Assembly (NCBI GenBank): GCA_963844715.1
Contig: CAWJPJ010000008.1
Location: forward strand, 352,001 to 416,000
Direction of reading: 5' to 3'
Length of the DNA stretch: 64,000 nucleotides
Source: an uncultured Phycisphaerales bacterium
GTDB taxonomy: Bacteria; Planctomycetota; Phycisphaerae; Tepidisphaerales; Tepidisphaeraceae
The position numbers and the translations under genes are program-made. The notes below the pieces were generated by a model. It saw nothing but the letters and a program-made list of their open reading frames with translations. It was not told where the DNA came from and made no database searches. Below are positions 63,640-64,000 of this stretch, piece by piece (positions within the stretch are counted from its first letter, which is position 1; every line of letters begins with the position of its first letter).

Positions 63640-64000
63640 GGCATCCATCCTTTCAAATAAAAAACTCCGTTTAGCCGACAAAACGGCGGCTCTACAAATC
63701 CTTGATACAAGTGCGATGCCAGATCGGAAATTGGCCCCCGCTTTATTTTTCGCGTGGTTTCCCATGTCATCCCGCCTTCCCGGGATGACAAATCGTCGCT
63801 GCTTTTCAAATTAATATCTCGGCGCAACGCTTGATCCATTGGTCCTGATGTTTTGTGATGGATGGTGAGATGATGACCACCGTCAGGTACAGCCTTTGCT
63901 CGACCACCCGGGTGATACCGTCGGGCTTTTCAAACCAGCGTTGGTTGTGGCTCGCCGGGAATTCAACGAACCGAAAGGAAGCGTGCACCGTGGCTCAAGC

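Noticed and set aside
63806..64000. Short minus-strand ORF at the window edge
   Set aside because: No recognisable motif and too little context to call.

Overview
GC-rich bacterial DNA, most likely a planctomycete (Phycisphaerae-like), inferred from a LEPR-XLL-type N-terminal motif, HEAT-repeat and pilin-like genes and the repeat types. Housekeeping genes (folD, carB, greA, tRNA-Thr(TGT), a lone short atpC) sit alongside a TetR-MacAB-TolC-type efflux operon and a Wzm/Wzt surface-polysaccharide locus. Many genes carry single indels, probably long-read errors. The main feature is a ~21 kb accessory locus (14.5-35.4 kb) built like a polymorphic toxin system. One giant LEPR-XLL/CSLREA-like beta-helical surface protein ends in an alpha/beta-hydrolase tip. 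It is followed by three orphan cassettes that lack the N-terminus but share its internal DNA and carry different hydrolase tips. Each tip is followed by small candidate immunity genes, four of which form a membrane family with L[DEN]Y and Q[VL]P[WC] motifs. The array shows recombination mosaics, a duplicated IS4 end remnant, recurrent GGAC-core motifs and two IS insertions (IS21, IS5). A 6S-RNA-like fold lies at 36.66-36.84 kb. All calls were made by eye; no database searches were run.
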